Below are positions 9,579 through 19,671 of a stretch of 64,000 nucleotides of DNA, piece after piece. The position numbers and the translations under genes are program-made. Position 1 is the stretch's first letter. Every line of letters starts with the position of its first letter. Source of the stretch: Candidatus Latescibacterota bacterium (lineage in GTDB: Bacteria; Latescibacterota; UBA2968; UBA8231); the NCBI GenBank assembly GCA_965217585.1, contig OZ244561.1, forward strand, positions 2,688,001 through 2,752,000, given 5' to 3'. Below the pieces are notes generated by a model. It had not been told where the DNA came from, searched no databases, and worked only from the letters and a program-made list of their open reading frames with translations.

Positions 9579-10370
9579 CTACTCGTCGCCTTCCTCGACA
9601 AAGCGCACGTACCCAAAGCGCTGGGGCACGTGGTAGGACTGCAAATCGAGCGGTGCCCACCCCGACAGCTCCGGCTGCTCCTCGTCGCGGGGCCGTTCGT
9701 AGCGGTTGATATTGATGCGCCAAACATCGCCCGCCCGCGGCGGGACGGGGGTTCCTCCGGTGATTTTGCCAAAGCCCTGCCACGGCATGGCAAACTCGAA
9801 AACCGAGCCCTGGTCGATATCCGTGCTGTCGTTCACTGTGCCGTGGTTTTCAACCGCATGCCGCATGCCCGCCTGAGTCCAGGCGTACAGCTCGGTCCAG
9901 ACCACTGGCGAGCCGTCGGCGTACTTAAAGTCGTTTTTGGGGATCCAGATATCGTTTATCGTATCGAGACAATTTATGTGGATCTCGGCGTAGTCTTTCC
10001 CATCGGAGTCGGGATCGATGAACAGCTCAATGGTTTCCTCTTGACACAGACACTTCTCATCGCCCTCTTCCATAGTGCTCCAAATATCGGGATCTCCGAC
10101 CGCCACCAAAAAATAAAGATGGTCCTGGTCCCACAGCATTTTCGCCACCGTCCGATGGCGCGGTTGGATGTCCTCGTGCTGGAAGCGGGTAAAGGTGCCC
10201 ACTTCCGGGGCCAGTTGCCAAGCCAATTCATCGCCCTTTCCATCGACGACAATAGTGCCGCTGTTGAACATGCAGTCGTAGCGACGCACCCAGTCGGGAT
10301 TTTCCTGGGCCCAGGCAACTGCCGCGACCAGCGCGATCACACTCCAACCGGTTATAGCCTTGCTGTACAT
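9579..10370 (-). CDS. secreted carbohydrate-binding family 9-like protein
   Basis: Signal peptide; IVVDG..DE.AW, KMLWD, E.FIDPD.DG and GDVWRININR motifs. Confidence 0.75.
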   Translation of the reverse strand: MYSKAITGWSVIALVAAVAWAQENPDWVRRYDCMFNSGTIVVDGKGDELAWQLAPEVGTFTRFQHEDIQPRHRTVAKMLWDQDHLYFLVAVGDPDIWSTMEEGDEKCLCQEETIELFIDPDSDGKDYAEIHINCLDTINDIWIPKNDFKYADGSPVVWTELYAWTQAGMRHAVENHGTVNDSTDIDQGSVFEFAMPWQGFGKITGGTPVPPRAGDVWRININRYERPRDEEQPELSGWAPLDLQSYHVPQRFGYVRFVEEGDE

Positions 10371-10410
10371 GCCAATCCTCCTTCTGTAGAGCCGAGTTAT
10401 CGGTTCTCCT

Positions 10411-12012
10411 CTAATCGGCTAGGTACCGGCGGATGGCGTTTGCCGTGATTTTGGATACCGCCTCGTCCACCAAAATGGAAGCCGGCCAGCAGATGGAGCC
10501 CACCGAAAAGACGGCACCGCCGCTGGCGGTCGTGTGTTCGACGATTTCGGCACCGCCTTCGTCCGGGTTGAGCCCTTTGGCCAACAGCCGCGTATTGGCT
10601 GGCGACTGCGGCGACATTTTATCGGTTTCGTGGCCCGAGGCCCCGCCCGGCACGCGCTGATGCAGGCTTTTTTCGCCGAACACATCGCCGTTTTTCAGGC
10701 CCGTCCCCGCAAAACACCAGTGGGCATCGTCTAACACCCGATACGGTGCGGCGGTCATTATGCCGCTGAAGGAAAAGACCACGCCCAATAAATTGGCCTC
10801 TGATTCCACCCGCCGGTCAAAGCGGCTCTCGTACTCCCGCCCGTCCGCGGCGATCTGGGGCTCGGAATGGCTCCAGTTGGTATTGTGGTACACGATGCGG
10901 TGGTCGTCGAGGAATTCGACCTCGCAGTTGAGTCCGTTGCCGCCCAAGTACAGCAAGCGCCCGCCGCGCTCGAAGACCCAGTTCTTGAGCCGGAAGTACA
11001 TCTCCTTGGACCAGTACTCGGGATGGGTGCTAATCACCAGCACTTTGTACTGGTCGAGAGGCACTTGGTCAAAGTGGAATTGCGTCTCTCCGTACAAGTC
11101 GTAATCAATGCCCTGGCGCTCCATCCAGCCGAACAAACGCCATTCGGCCGCGGCCATGTGGCAGCCCTGGCGGCCGGCAATGGGATCGGTCAGACCCTCG
11201 TTCTCGTCGATGTGGTTGTACGGGTCGGGCCGCTCTAGGGAAAGCGGCGCGTACGTCTCCGCATTGTACGTGCGGTGCTCTTTTTCGGTATAGCGCTTTA
11301 GTTCAAGGCGCGCGTTGATTGTCGGCGTTGCGGGGAAGCAATCGGCGTGGATGTAGTTGCTGCGGCCGCCAAAACTATTGTACGCGTTCCAGTTGATATC
11401 CGCGGCCAGCACTGCCATCGGTGCCGTGGGTTGGGTCGGCGCGACGACCCAAGGGAAGGAAAAGAAGCGTCCCTCCTTGTCGCGGGCGTGCATGTAGTAC
11501 AGGCCCGAGCGCTGGGGAGCCTCGACGAATTGGCCCAGCGCTTTGCTGTGGTACCCGTGCTTATTCCACTGCACGCCAGTCTGGGTGTAATCGCCGTCGG
11601 GCGTGATCTGCATATTGGCCCGCGGCCCGTGCTCGTCAAAAGTGCCGATGCGGCGGATGAACTCCTTTGCGGCACCGTAACGCCACAGTTCCAGTTCGTA
11701 CTCGACCACCCCGTGTACCCGGAATTCGGCCCGTTCTCCGCCGCGCACGCATTTGGGCCACATATAGCCCAGCAGCCCGTCCGACAGTAGGCGAAACTGG
11801 TATGGCTGGTCTTGCCGCGCCTCCATGCGCACGATCTTTGAACCGTGGCCCGGTCCGCCTAGGACGACCTCGTACTCCCCAGGTTCGATATCCGCGTACA
11901 CTGCGCCCGAAATGGTCGAGCGCGCCGTTGCAACCCGGCCGGCGCGGCGAAACTCAAATAGCATATCGGCCAAGGCGACATAGCGTTCATTGCTGACATA
12001 TCCGACGAGCAT
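10411..12012 (-). CDS. N,N-dimethylformamidase beta-subunit-like protein
   Basis: SGLYY, W.AYN.FGG.S.Y, HPEYWS, LYLGGN and GASGHETDK motifs; GGGAGG RBS. Confidence 0.75.
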   Translation of the reverse strand: MLVGYVSNERYVALADMLFEFRRAGRVATARSTISGAVYADIEPGEYEVVLGGPGHGSKIVRMEARQDQPYQFRLLSDGLLGYMWPKCVRGGERAEFRVHGVVEYELELWRYGAAKEFIRRIGTFDEHGPRANMQITPDGDYTQTGVQWNKHGYHSKALGQFVEAPQRSGLYYMHARDKEGRFFSFPWVVAPTQPTAPMAVLAADINWNAYNSFGGRSNYIHADCFPATPTINARLELKRYTEKEHRTYNAETYAPLSLERPDPYNHIDENEGLTDPIAGRQGCHMAAAEWRLFGWMERQGIDYDLYGETQFHFDQVPLDQYKVLVISTHPEYWSKEMYFRLKNWVFERGGRLLYLGGNGLNCEVEFLDDHRIVYHNTNWSHSEPQIAADGREYESRFDRRVESEANLLGVVFSFSGIMTAAPYRVLDDAHWCFAGTGLKNGDVFGEKSLHQRVPGGASGHETDKMSPQSPANTRLLAKGLNPDEGGAEIVEHTTASGGAVFSVGSICWPASILVDEAVSKITANAIRRYLAD

Positions 12013-12052
12013 GTCCGTCCTCCCAATTGAGTGTGAAGTGTGGTGCCGCTCC

Positions 12053-12196
12053 TCAACTCGCCCCTTCGTCGTGCCACGACATGGCTTCGCCGCGCACGAT
12101 GCGCGAGCGGATCTCGTGGCGTCCGGGCCATTCGACCGGCAAGTCGCCGTTTTCGACCATGTAGTTCAAGGGGTTCACCCGCGTCTTCAAGGGCAC
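12053..12196 (-). pseudogene. orphan C-terminal fragment of a Gfo/Idh/MocA oxidoreductase
   Basis: Translates VPLKTRVNPLNYMVENGDLPVEWPGRHEIRSRIVRGEAMSWHDEGAS*, aligning with the C-terminus of 41711-42799 (LPLQTRANPLDVAVEEGRMPVTRPGHWDERSFLVRGEGMSW). Confidence 0.7.
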
Positions 12197-12211
12197 GGGC
12201 CACTGTTTGCC

Positions 12212-12976
12212 TCAATCCCAATCTAGTGCCAGACCCGTTGATAGGCGAAAATCGCTTCCATCCACTCCATTGAGCGGATCGCTATCGCGCCGGAAGGTCA
12301 CGGCCGTGGTCGAGGATAAGGCTTGGGTGATCGACACTTTCAAGGCCGCGTCCCACAAAACGCGGTAGTCGTCAAATTGCCGCACCGCGGGCTGCACGTA
12401 GGCCGTTCCCGCTAGCTGGGCCGTTTCACCGAGCTTGATATCAGCCGACAAGTAATTGCTCCAGCGGACAATCGAGGTCCGAGCCGCATGGTCGTCCGCC
12501 GCTGTGAGCTCATTTTGTTCGTGCTCGAACATAAGCGACGAGCCTAGCCAAAAAGACGACTCGCCCGGGGCGATGAGAGCCCAACGGATACCGCCGCCGC
12601 CAATGCCGCGAAACTCCAAGCGCCGGGATTGATCGTAATTAACTTGTCCGAAGGCTTCTCCGTGCAGCCGCGAGCCCACGGCTCGGACATAGCGCAGATG
12701 CGCCAGCGCTTCATTGGAAAAGCGCTCCTTACCCTCCCAGCCGGCATCGCCTGAGCCGATAAAAATAAACGTGTCCTCGGCGCGGCCGTAACTAAAAGAA
12801 AGCTCGGGACCGCATTCGAATAATTCGACATTGCCGGCCCGCAACGTCAGGTCAATCGCCACGGAACCGAAAAAGCCCGCTTGATCGTCCCGGCGCAGGC
12901 TTTCGATATCGACTTGCGCCCGCAGGGGACTCGCCTGCCAGACTAGGGCCGCTAGTAAGAGGCAATAAAGCTTCAT
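12212..12976 (-). CDS. DUF481-like outer-membrane beta-barrel protein
   Basis: Signal peptide, alternating amphipathic strands, terminal ..GLALDWD. Confidence 0.7.
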   Translation of the reverse strand: MKLYCLLLAALVWQASPLRAQVDIESLRRDDQAGFFGSVAIDLTLRAGNVELFECGPELSFSYGRAEDTFIFIGSGDAGWEGKERFSNEALAHLRYVRAVGSRLHGEAFGQVNYDQSRRLEFRGIGGGGIRWALIAPGESSFWLGSSLMFEHEQNELTAADDHAARTSIVRWSNYLSADIKLGETAQLAGTAYVQPAVRQFDDYRVLWDAALKVSITQALSSTTAVTFRRDSDPLNGVDGSDFRLSTGLALDWD

Positions 12977-13109
12977 TGTCTTGGGGTGTTAAAGCCCTTG
13001 GCGTACCGCTAAAAGTGCCAGCTTGATAAGACGCGCTGGGGCGGTTGCGACCGGTGTGGCGCTAGAGCATGTAATTCGATCCCGTGATTCCATGCCATCC
13101 GGCGGATCC

Positions 13110-14285
13110 TCATGACAGCCCCCGCTCGGGATCGACCTCTGCCGCGTAGTCGATGTCCGCAAAGCCAAAGCCGAAAAGCCCCAGAAATTCCGCGCGATAG
13201 CTCTCGATATCCGACAGCGCTTCGAGGTTGTCGGTGTTGACTTGCTCCCACAGCGCAGCGACTTCCCGCTGCACATCCGTGCGCATTTCTCGGTCGTCGA
13301 TGCGGATGCGCCCCTCGGCGTCGGTGGGGGCATCTGCATACAGGCCGTCGGCGAAGAGTCGGTGCATTTGCTCGATGCAGCTTTCTTGGCAGCCCTTTTC
13401 CTTCATCACCTTGTACAGCAGCGAGATATAGAGCGGCACGACGGGGAGGGCAGCGCTCGATTGGGTCACCATGGCCTTGTTGACGGAGATGTGGGCACTG
13501 CCGCTGCTGGCTTGCAGAAATTCGTCGAGGGCCTTGGCCGTCTTTTCCAGATGATTCTTGGCTTGGCCGATGGTCCCGTCGCGATAGACCGGGTGGGTGA
13601 TTTCAGGGCCGATATAGGTGTAGGCGACCGTGCGAACGCCGTCGGCGAGTACACCCGCTTCGTCGAGGGCTTCAATCCACATCTGCCAGTCTTCCCCGCC
13701 CATGACCGCGATGGTGTGGGCGATCTCTTCTTCGTTCGCCGGGTCGATGGCGATGTCGGAAACTTCGCCGGTTTGGACGTGGACGGTCTTGTTGGTATAG
13801 GTGCTGCCGATGGGTTTGAGGACGGAGCTAAAATTTTCGCCAGTGCGCGGATGAGTCCGCCGCGGCGAAGCCAAGCTGTAAACGACCAAATCGACTTCTT
13901 GCAGATCCTCGCGGATGGCGGCGATCGTCTCGGCTTTGATTTCGTCGGAGAAGGCATCGCCGTTGATGCTGCGGGCGTAGTAGCCGGCGTTGCGGGCGGA
14001 TTGATGAAAGGCCGCGCTATTGTACCACCCGGCCGTTGCCGTGCGGTTGCCAGCCGCTGGCCGCTCGAAGAAGACCCCGAGCGTGGCCGCGCCCGCGCCA
14101 AAGCAGGTGACGATGCGCGACGCCAGCCCGTAGCCAGTCGAAGCGCCGACGACGAGGACTTTCTTAGGGCCGTCGAAGGGGGGTTGGCGTTTGACCCAGT
14201 CGATCTGGTCTTGGACGGCACTGGCGCAGCCGTCGGGATGGGCGGTAGTGCATATAAAGCCGCGAACTTTGGGTTGGATGATCAT
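13110..14285 (-). CDS. fabV: enoyl-ACP/trans-2-enoyl-CoA reductase FabV
   Basis: MIIQPKVRGFIC..AHP.GC, GASTGYGLASRI, SINGDAFS, YSLASPRR and VMGGEDW. Confidence 0.93.
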   Translation of the reverse strand: MIIQPKVRGFICTTAHPDGCASAVQDQIDWVKRQPPFDGPKKVLVVGASTGYGLASRIVTCFGAGAATLGVFFERPAAGNRTATAGWYNSAAFHQSARNAGYYARSINGDAFSDEIKAETIAAIREDLQEVDLVVYSLASPRRTHPRTGENFSSVLKPIGSTYTNKTVHVQTGEVSDIAIDPANEEEIAHTIAVMGGEDWQMWIEALDEAGVLADGVRTVAYTYIGPEITHPVYRDGTIGQAKNHLEKTAKALDEFLQASSGSAHISVNKAMVTQSSAALPVVPLYISLLYKVMKEKGCQESCIEQMHRLFADGLYADAPTDAEGRIRIDDREMRTDVQREVAALWEQVNTDNLEALSDIESYRAEFLGLFGFGFADIDYAAEVDPERGLS

Positions 14286-14451
14286 AGAATTTCCTCAAGT
14301 TAGGATTAAGGCAAACTATTGAATAATGGCCCGCGCTGCGGTCGGGCGCAAATGATCGGCTTGGCTGCCTTCGTTCGGCGGAATAGTTATACTTTCAGCC
14401 TAACGAGGGCAACTACCGCTGCCAAACTCAGCCATTGCAAAGAAGGCGAAC

Positions 14452-15237
14452 ATGAAGATAGGCCAGCTCGGTCTTTTGCTCGTGTCGCAGGTGCTTTGCG
14501 CGGCCCCAAGTGCGGCGCAAGATACAGTGCCTGCGGCGCAGGCCTTATTGGAACAGTTCGATGATATGTACCGCTCTGCGGGCACTGCGGCGCGGATCGA
14601 GATTAAGATCGAGCGCCCGAAAAAGGTGCGGACGATGCGGATGCGCTCTTGGAGCCAAGGCGAGGACAAGGCACTGGTAGTCATTGACGCGCCCGCCCGC
14701 GACGCGGGCACGGCCACGCTCCGGGTCGGCAGTAATCTGTGGAACTATCTGCCCAAAATCTCGCGCACGATCCGCGTGCCCCCCGCGCTGATGATGGGCG
14801 CGTGGATGGGCAGCGACTTGACCAACGACGACTTGGTGCGCGAGTCGTCTTACGCCCACGACTACGAGATTACAGGGGTCGGCCCGAGCGAGGAGCCGCC
14901 CGGCTGGCAGGTAAGTACCGAGGCCAAACCTGGGGTGCCGGGTTTGTGGGAGCGGGTGGAGGTCGTCTTTGCGTCGCCAATGCTGGCGACGGACAGCACG
15001 CGCGCAGAACAGTTGCCCATACTCGTGCGCTACTACGACCGCAAGGGGCGGCTCTCGCGCACGATGCAACTTGAAGAGATCAAAAAGATGGGGCCCCGGC
15101 AGATACCCACCCGGATTGTGATCTCGCCCGAGCGCGAGGAGGGCCGACGCACGGTATTGACCTATTTACACGTGGAATTCGATGTCGAGCTGGACGAGAG
15201 CCTCTTTAGTCTGGCGGAGTTGGAGCGCAGGCGCTAG
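14452..15237 (+). CDS. outer-membrane lipoprotein-sorting (LolA-like) protein
   Basis: Signal peptide; LWNYLP and WMGSDLTNDDL motifs; first gene of an ABC operon. Confidence 0.8.
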   Translation: MKIGQLGLLLVSQVLCAAPSAAQDTVPAAQALLEQFDDMYRSAGTAARIEIKIERPKKVRTMRMRSWSQGEDKALVVIDAPARDAGTATLRVGSNLWNYLPKISRTIRVPPALMMGAWMGSDLTNDDLVRESSYAHDYEITGVGPSEEPPGWQVSTEAKPGVPGLWERVEVVFASPMLATDSTRAEQLPILVRYYDRKGRLSRTMQLEEIKKMGPRQIPTRIVISPEREEGRRTVLTYLHVEFDVELDESLFSLAELERRR

Positions 15238-16476
15238 ATGGCCGAGAACAGCACATTTCGCCTAGCTTGGCGCGGCTTGGGCCGCAACCGCAAGCGCTCG
15301 GCCTTGGCGATAGCGGCGATAGGGCTGGGGCAGTTTGCCTTCTTGGCCACGGCTGGGATCATGCGAGGCTATGCCGACCATTACTTCGATTCGGTGACTG
15401 GCCCTTTGGTGGGTCACGTGCAGATCGTGGCACCGGGCTGGCGCGAGGAGCGCGCCGTCGATCAGACGCTGGACAACGTCGAGGCCATGCTAGCGGCGAT
15501 TCGCGGGCAGTCCCAAGTGGCGCGGGCCGTGCCGAGGATTTACGCGCCGGTGTTGGCCGCGCTGGAAGAGGAAGGTTTTGTGGGGATGGTCGTCGGCACC
15601 GATCCAGCACTAGAAGGGGTCGCGGACGGCCTGTTGGGCAGCGAAGAGCTGGCCGGCCTCTTGGGAGACGGCCGAGTGCTAGTGGGGAAGGGCTTGGCGC
15701 GGCAGCACGGCATCGAGACCGGTGCCGAACTGGCCGTGGTAGGCCAAGACATTGACGGCTCCATTGCCAGCGAGCTATACGAGGTGGCGGCGGTTGTCGA
15801 ATCGCCGGTGGAACTCGTCAACAGCATCGGCATCGTCGCCGGGCTGCAAGACGCGCGAGCGCTCCTGAGAATGGATGACGAAGCGCACGAGATTGCCGTC
15901 CGCTTGCACGAGGCCGAGCAGGTAGATCAGGTCGCAGACTCGCTCGGCGCGCAGCCCGCCCTGCAAGGGACGGAAATCAAGCTCTGGCACGAGGTCGTAC
16001 CTCAGCTAGCCGGGATCATCCGAATGATGGACATGTATTCGCTGGTGGTTTTGGGGATCGTCTGCTTGGCGTCCATCGCCGGCATTGCCAATACCATGAT
16101 GATGTCCACCTTTGAGCGCCGCCGCGAGTTGGGGATGTTGTTGGCACTGGGCGCGAATCCGGGCCGGCTCTTTCGGATGGTGGCGACCGAGGCCGTGCTG
16201 TTGGGTGCTTTGGGGGTGTTGCTGGGTACCGCGCTAGGTGCGTGTTTTGCGGAGTTGACAGCTGGATCGGGCTTTGACCTCGCCGAGTTGGGCGGTGAGG
16301 AGTCGTTTGAAATGGGCTTCCAAGGCGTGCAGATCGCCTCGCGGGTCTATCCCGAAATGCGCGCGGCCGACGTATTGGTCGGCGTGTCGGCGGTGCTGGT
16401 GACGGCCCTTTCCGCCTGCGTCTGGCCGCTGCTGCACGTCGCGCGGCTGGAGCCGGTGGAGGCCATGCGGACATGA
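15238..16476 (+). CDS. ABC transporter permease (FtsX/LolE/MacB-like)
   Basis: AWR.L.RN..RS, ERRRELGML.ALG and C-terminal ARLEPVEAMR. Confidence 0.88.
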   Translation: MAENSTFRLAWRGLGRNRKRSALAIAAIGLGQFAFLATAGIMRGYADHYFDSVTGPLVGHVQIVAPGWREERAVDQTLDNVEAMLAAIRGQSQVARAVPRIYAPVLAALEEEGFVGMVVGTDPALEGVADGLLGSEELAGLLGDGRVLVGKGLARQHGIETGAELAVVGQDIDGSIASELYEVAAVVESPVELVNSIGIVAGLQDARALLRMDDEAHEIAVRLHEAEQVDQVADSLGAQPALQGTEIKLWHEVVPQLAGIIRMMDMYSLVVLGIVCLASIAGIANTMMMSTFERRRELGMLLALGANPGRLFRMVATEAVLLGALGVLLGTALGACFAELTAGSGFDLAELGGEESFEMGFQGVQIASRVYPEMRAADVLVGVSAVLVTALSACVWPLLHVARLEPVEAMRT

Positions 16477-17711
16477 GTGCCAATCTGTCGCTTCAATACG
16501 CCTTGCGCTCGCTGGGGCGCAGTCGCCGCCGGACGAGCCTGTCCGTCTTGGGCGTGGGGCTAGGGTGCGCCATTGCGCTCTTTGCCACGGCCTTTATGCG
16601 CGGCGGTCAAACCATGCGGGTGCAGGCCATTTCCCAGAGCGGATACGGCCACCTGCGGATCGCGCCCGAAGGCTGGGAGCAGAGTCGGCGCGACGATCTG
16701 CGCTTGCAGGACTCGGCGGCCGCGCTCGCAGCCGTGCGCGGCCTCGAAGGCGTAGCTGTAGTGGCCGCCCACGTGCGGGTGCAGGGCCTGTTGGCCTTTG
16801 GCACGCGGGTGGCCGGAGTCCAGCTTTTGGGCGTGGATCCAGCCGCCGAGCCTCGGCTCAACAGGCTGGTGCGCACGGTCGACGAGGGACGTTACTTGCA
16901 GGCAGGCGACAAGGGCTCGGTGGTCGTCGGTAAAACCCTCGTCGAGCGCTTGGACGTAGAGCTGGGGGACGATTTGTTGTTGACGCTGACGCGCGCCGAC
17001 GGGGAGATGGAGTACGCGATGCTGCGGATCGTCGGGATCGTATCTACCGGCAGCCGCACGATTGACGAGACCATCTGCCACGCGATGCTCGCCGATGTCG
17101 AGAGCATGACGGGCCTGAAGGGCGTGGCCGAGGTGTCGGTAGCCTTCTCGGACCCGCAACAGGTGGCGGCGCTCTCGGCCGAGCTGGCGCAGCGAGTGCA
17201 GGGCGACGAAGTGCTCACTTGGCGCGAGGTCCTGCCGGCGATGAGCGGCGACGCGGCGGCCGACCAAGCTTTTTCCAGCTTTTTTATTGTGGTCGTAGCC
17301 GCGGTGGTAATTTTGGGCGTGACGAGCGCACAACTGACGGCCATGCTGGAAAGGAGGCGCGAATTTGCCGTGCTAATGGCGCTGGGACTCAGGGAATTCA
17401 AGCTGGTGGGATTGGTGCTTTTCGAGGCCGTGTTCATGGGCGCGTTCGGTGCGCTCTTGGGCCTGTTGCTGGCGTTGCCGCTCGTTTGGCACACGGCGAC
17501 GGCGGGGGTTGATTTTTCCGCGATGATGGGAGACGATATGACGGTCATGGGGGTCTTCTTCGACCCGATAATCTACGCGGACATGGGGCTGTGGATGCTG
17601 CCCTACGCCTTTGGCTTGGGGCTTTGTGCGACGCTTTTGGCCGCGCTTTATCCGGCTTGGTCTGCCACGCGCTTGGATCCGGCGGCGGCCCTGAGCCAGC
17701 GGGATGCGTGA
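16473..17711 (+). CDS. ABC transporter permease (FtsX/LolE/MacB-like)
   Basis: Paralogous to the upstream permease; ERRREFAVL.ALG and YPAW.A.RLDP. Confidence 0.88.
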   Translation: MSANLSLQYALRSLGRSRRRTSLSVLGVGLGCAIALFATAFMRGGQTMRVQAISQSGYGHLRIAPEGWEQSRRDDLRLQDSAAALAAVRGLEGVAVVAAHVRVQGLLAFGTRVAGVQLLGVDPAAEPRLNRLVRTVDEGRYLQAGDKGSVVVGKTLVERLDVELGDDLLLTLTRADGEMEYAMLRIVGIVSTGSRTIDETICHAMLADVESMTGLKGVAEVSVAFSDPQQVAALSAELAQRVQGDEVLTWREVLPAMSGDAAADQAFSSFFIVVVAAVVILGVTSAQLTAMLERRREFAVLMALGLREFKLVGLVLFEAVFMGAFGALLGLLLALPLVWHTATAGVDFSAMMGDDMTVMGVFFDPIIYADMGLWMLPYAFGLGLCATLLAALYPAWSATRLDPAAALSQRDA

Positions 17712-18414
17712 TATGGATAAAGTGCTAGTAGCCGCTCAAGGCGTGAAAAAGGTGTTTCGGGCGGGAGATATTGCCGTGGAGGCCCTGCGCGGAATCGACC
17801 TCGAAATCGGCGGCGGGGAGTTCATGGCCATCGTCGGGCCGAGCGGCAGCGGCAAGACGACGCTGCTCAATCTAATCGGCGCGCTCGACGTGCCCACTGG
17901 CGGGCACATTGTGCTCTTTGGCCGCGACTTGGGGCCGCTGAGCCGCAGCGAGCGGGCCGAATTGCGGCTTCGATCCTTGGGCTTTGTGTTCCAAGCCTAC
18001 AACTTGGTGCCGGTGTTGACGGCGCGCGAAAACGTGGAGTTTGTGCTAGAGTTGCAGGGCATGGACCCAAAGAAGCGGCGGGCGCGAGCCGAGGAGACGC
18101 TAGCTGAGCTAGGGCTAAGCGAGCTCGCCCGCCGGCGGCCCAGCCAGATGTCGGGCGGCCAGCAGCAGCGGGTGGCCGTGGCGCGGGCCGTAGCTTCGCG
18201 GCCGGGCTTGGTGCTCGCCGACGAGCCGACGGCCAACCTCGACAGCGACAACGCGCAGGCTCTCTTGCAGATGATGCGGCGGCTCCGCGACGAGATGGGC
18301 ATGGCCTTTGTCTTTTCGACGCACGATCCCTTGGTGGTTTCTTATGCCTCGCGGGTGGTTACTTTGCGCGATGGCGAGGTGCTGAGCGACGAACGCAAGG
18401 GGGCATGCGACTGA
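17704..18414 (+). CDS. ABC transporter ATP-binding protein (LolD-like)
   Basis: GPSGSGKT, MSGGQQQRV and LADEPT; alternative start 17713. Confidence 0.93.
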   Translation: MRDMDKVLVAAQGVKKVFRAGDIAVEALRGIDLEIGGGEFMAIVGPSGSGKTTLLNLIGALDVPTGGHIVLFGRDLGPLSRSERAELRLRSLGFVFQAYNLVPVLTARENVEFVLELQGMDPKKRRARAEETLAELGLSELARRRPSQMSGGQQQRVAVARAVASRPGLVLADEPTANLDSDNAQALLQMMRRLRDEMGMAFVFSTHDPLVVSYASRVVTLRDGEVLSDERKGACD

Positions 18415-19622
18415 CGCTGGCAGTTCTCTTGGCAGCGCAGCCCGCGTTTGGCATCAGCTTGTGGTCAAATGTTGACGGGAGTCGCTACTGGGCACTGGAT
18501 GCTGCGGTGAAGTGGACCGCGCTCTCGTCGTACGCACCCGACGCGCCGCTGCTGTATCCCAAGAGTTGGAGCGCAGCCGCACTGGGAAGGGGGCGGCTCG
18601 CGCTGAGAGGCCAAGCCGCGACGGATCTGCACGTGCGCTTGGCCTACGAGCAACGGGCGCGGGCGGTGTCCACGGGTGCTGGCGCGGGCGGGGGCGCAGG
18701 TATCTTGGTGCCGGAGAGCCACGCGCCGTATCGGCTCAAACAGTTCGATGACGCGCTGGCGATGGGCGAGAACATCGCCTATCGGCACGAGCTAGACCGC
18801 GCATTCGTCGCTTGGCACCTAGGGCGTGGCGAGCTACAAATTGGCCGCCAAGCCATTGGGTGGGGGCGCGGCGTGCTCTTTGGCGCAGTGGATATTTTCG
18901 CGCCGTTTAATCCCTTAGAAAGCGATCGCGAATGGCGGCGTGGCGTGGATGCGCTGCGCGTTTCCGTGCCGCTGGCGGATCGCTTTTCGCTAGACGCGGT
19001 AGCGGCTGGCGGTTCATCGGTTGACGAATCGGCCTTTGTGGGGCGGCTCTACGGCTATATCGACGCGCTCGACGGAGAGTTGCTGCTAGGGCGTCGCCGC
19101 GGCGATGGCTTTGTCGGCACAGCTATGTCCGTGCGGGTCAAAGGCGCTGAGATACACGGCGAGTTAGCATCGTTCAAGACGCCTGCCACAGCAGGGGGCG
19201 AGGTGGTGCTCAAAGCCCTTGTGGGCGGTTCGTACGCATGGGACACCCAAGGCGGCTTGTTGCTCGTGAGCGAATATCACTTCTCGGGCTTTGGCGTTAG
19301 CGATATTGCCGAGCTATATACGGCCCCTTACCTGGAGCGCCTGATCCAAGGAGACGCGCAGATCTTGGGGCGGCACGCCGGAGCCTTGCAGCTATCGCAG
19401 GGGATCACGGGCACTCTGCCGAGGACGTTGGGTTGGCTCTTTTCCCCGATAGATGGCTCCGGAGTGCTAACGGGCGTGGTGACGTGGATTTTCTCCGACG
19501 CGCTGACCATGGCGGCCAGTGCGTACTGGCCCTATGGGGAGAGGCCGAGCGGATATGCCTTGAGAAGCGAGTATGGGGGAGGGGCAAAGAGTGGGTTGGC
19601 GCAGATTAGTTTTTACTATTGA
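18405..19622 (+). CDS. putative outer-membrane protein of the ABC operon
   Basis: Signal peptide, IGRQAIGWG motif, aromatic C-terminus (ISFYY). Confidence 0.7.
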   Translation: MRLTLAVLLAAQPAFGISLWSNVDGSRYWALDAAVKWTALSSYAPDAPLLYPKSWSAAALGRGRLALRGQAATDLHVRLAYEQRARAVSTGAGAGGGAGILVPESHAPYRLKQFDDALAMGENIAYRHELDRAFVAWHLGRGELQIGRQAIGWGRGVLFGAVDIFAPFNPLESDREWRRGVDALRVSVPLADRFSLDAVAAGGSSVDESAFVGRLYGYIDALDGELLLGRRRGDGFVGTAMSVRVKGAEIHGELASFKTPATAGGEVVLKALVGGSYAWDTQGGLLLVSEYHFSGFGVSDIAELYTAPYLERLIQGDAQILGRHAGALQLSQGITGTLPRTLGWLFSPIDGSGVLTGVVTWIFSDALTMAASAYWPYGERPSGYALRSEYGGGAKSGLAQISFYY

Positions 19623-19671
19623 TGGGGTCGTCGCAGTTATAGGCCGGTAACTTCTCCCGGTGTGCTAAGCG

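Noticed and set aside
14452-19622. LolA-like, two permeases, ATPase and outer-membrane protein operon as a novel system
   Set aside because: This five-gene ABC arrangement is a widespread known architecture.
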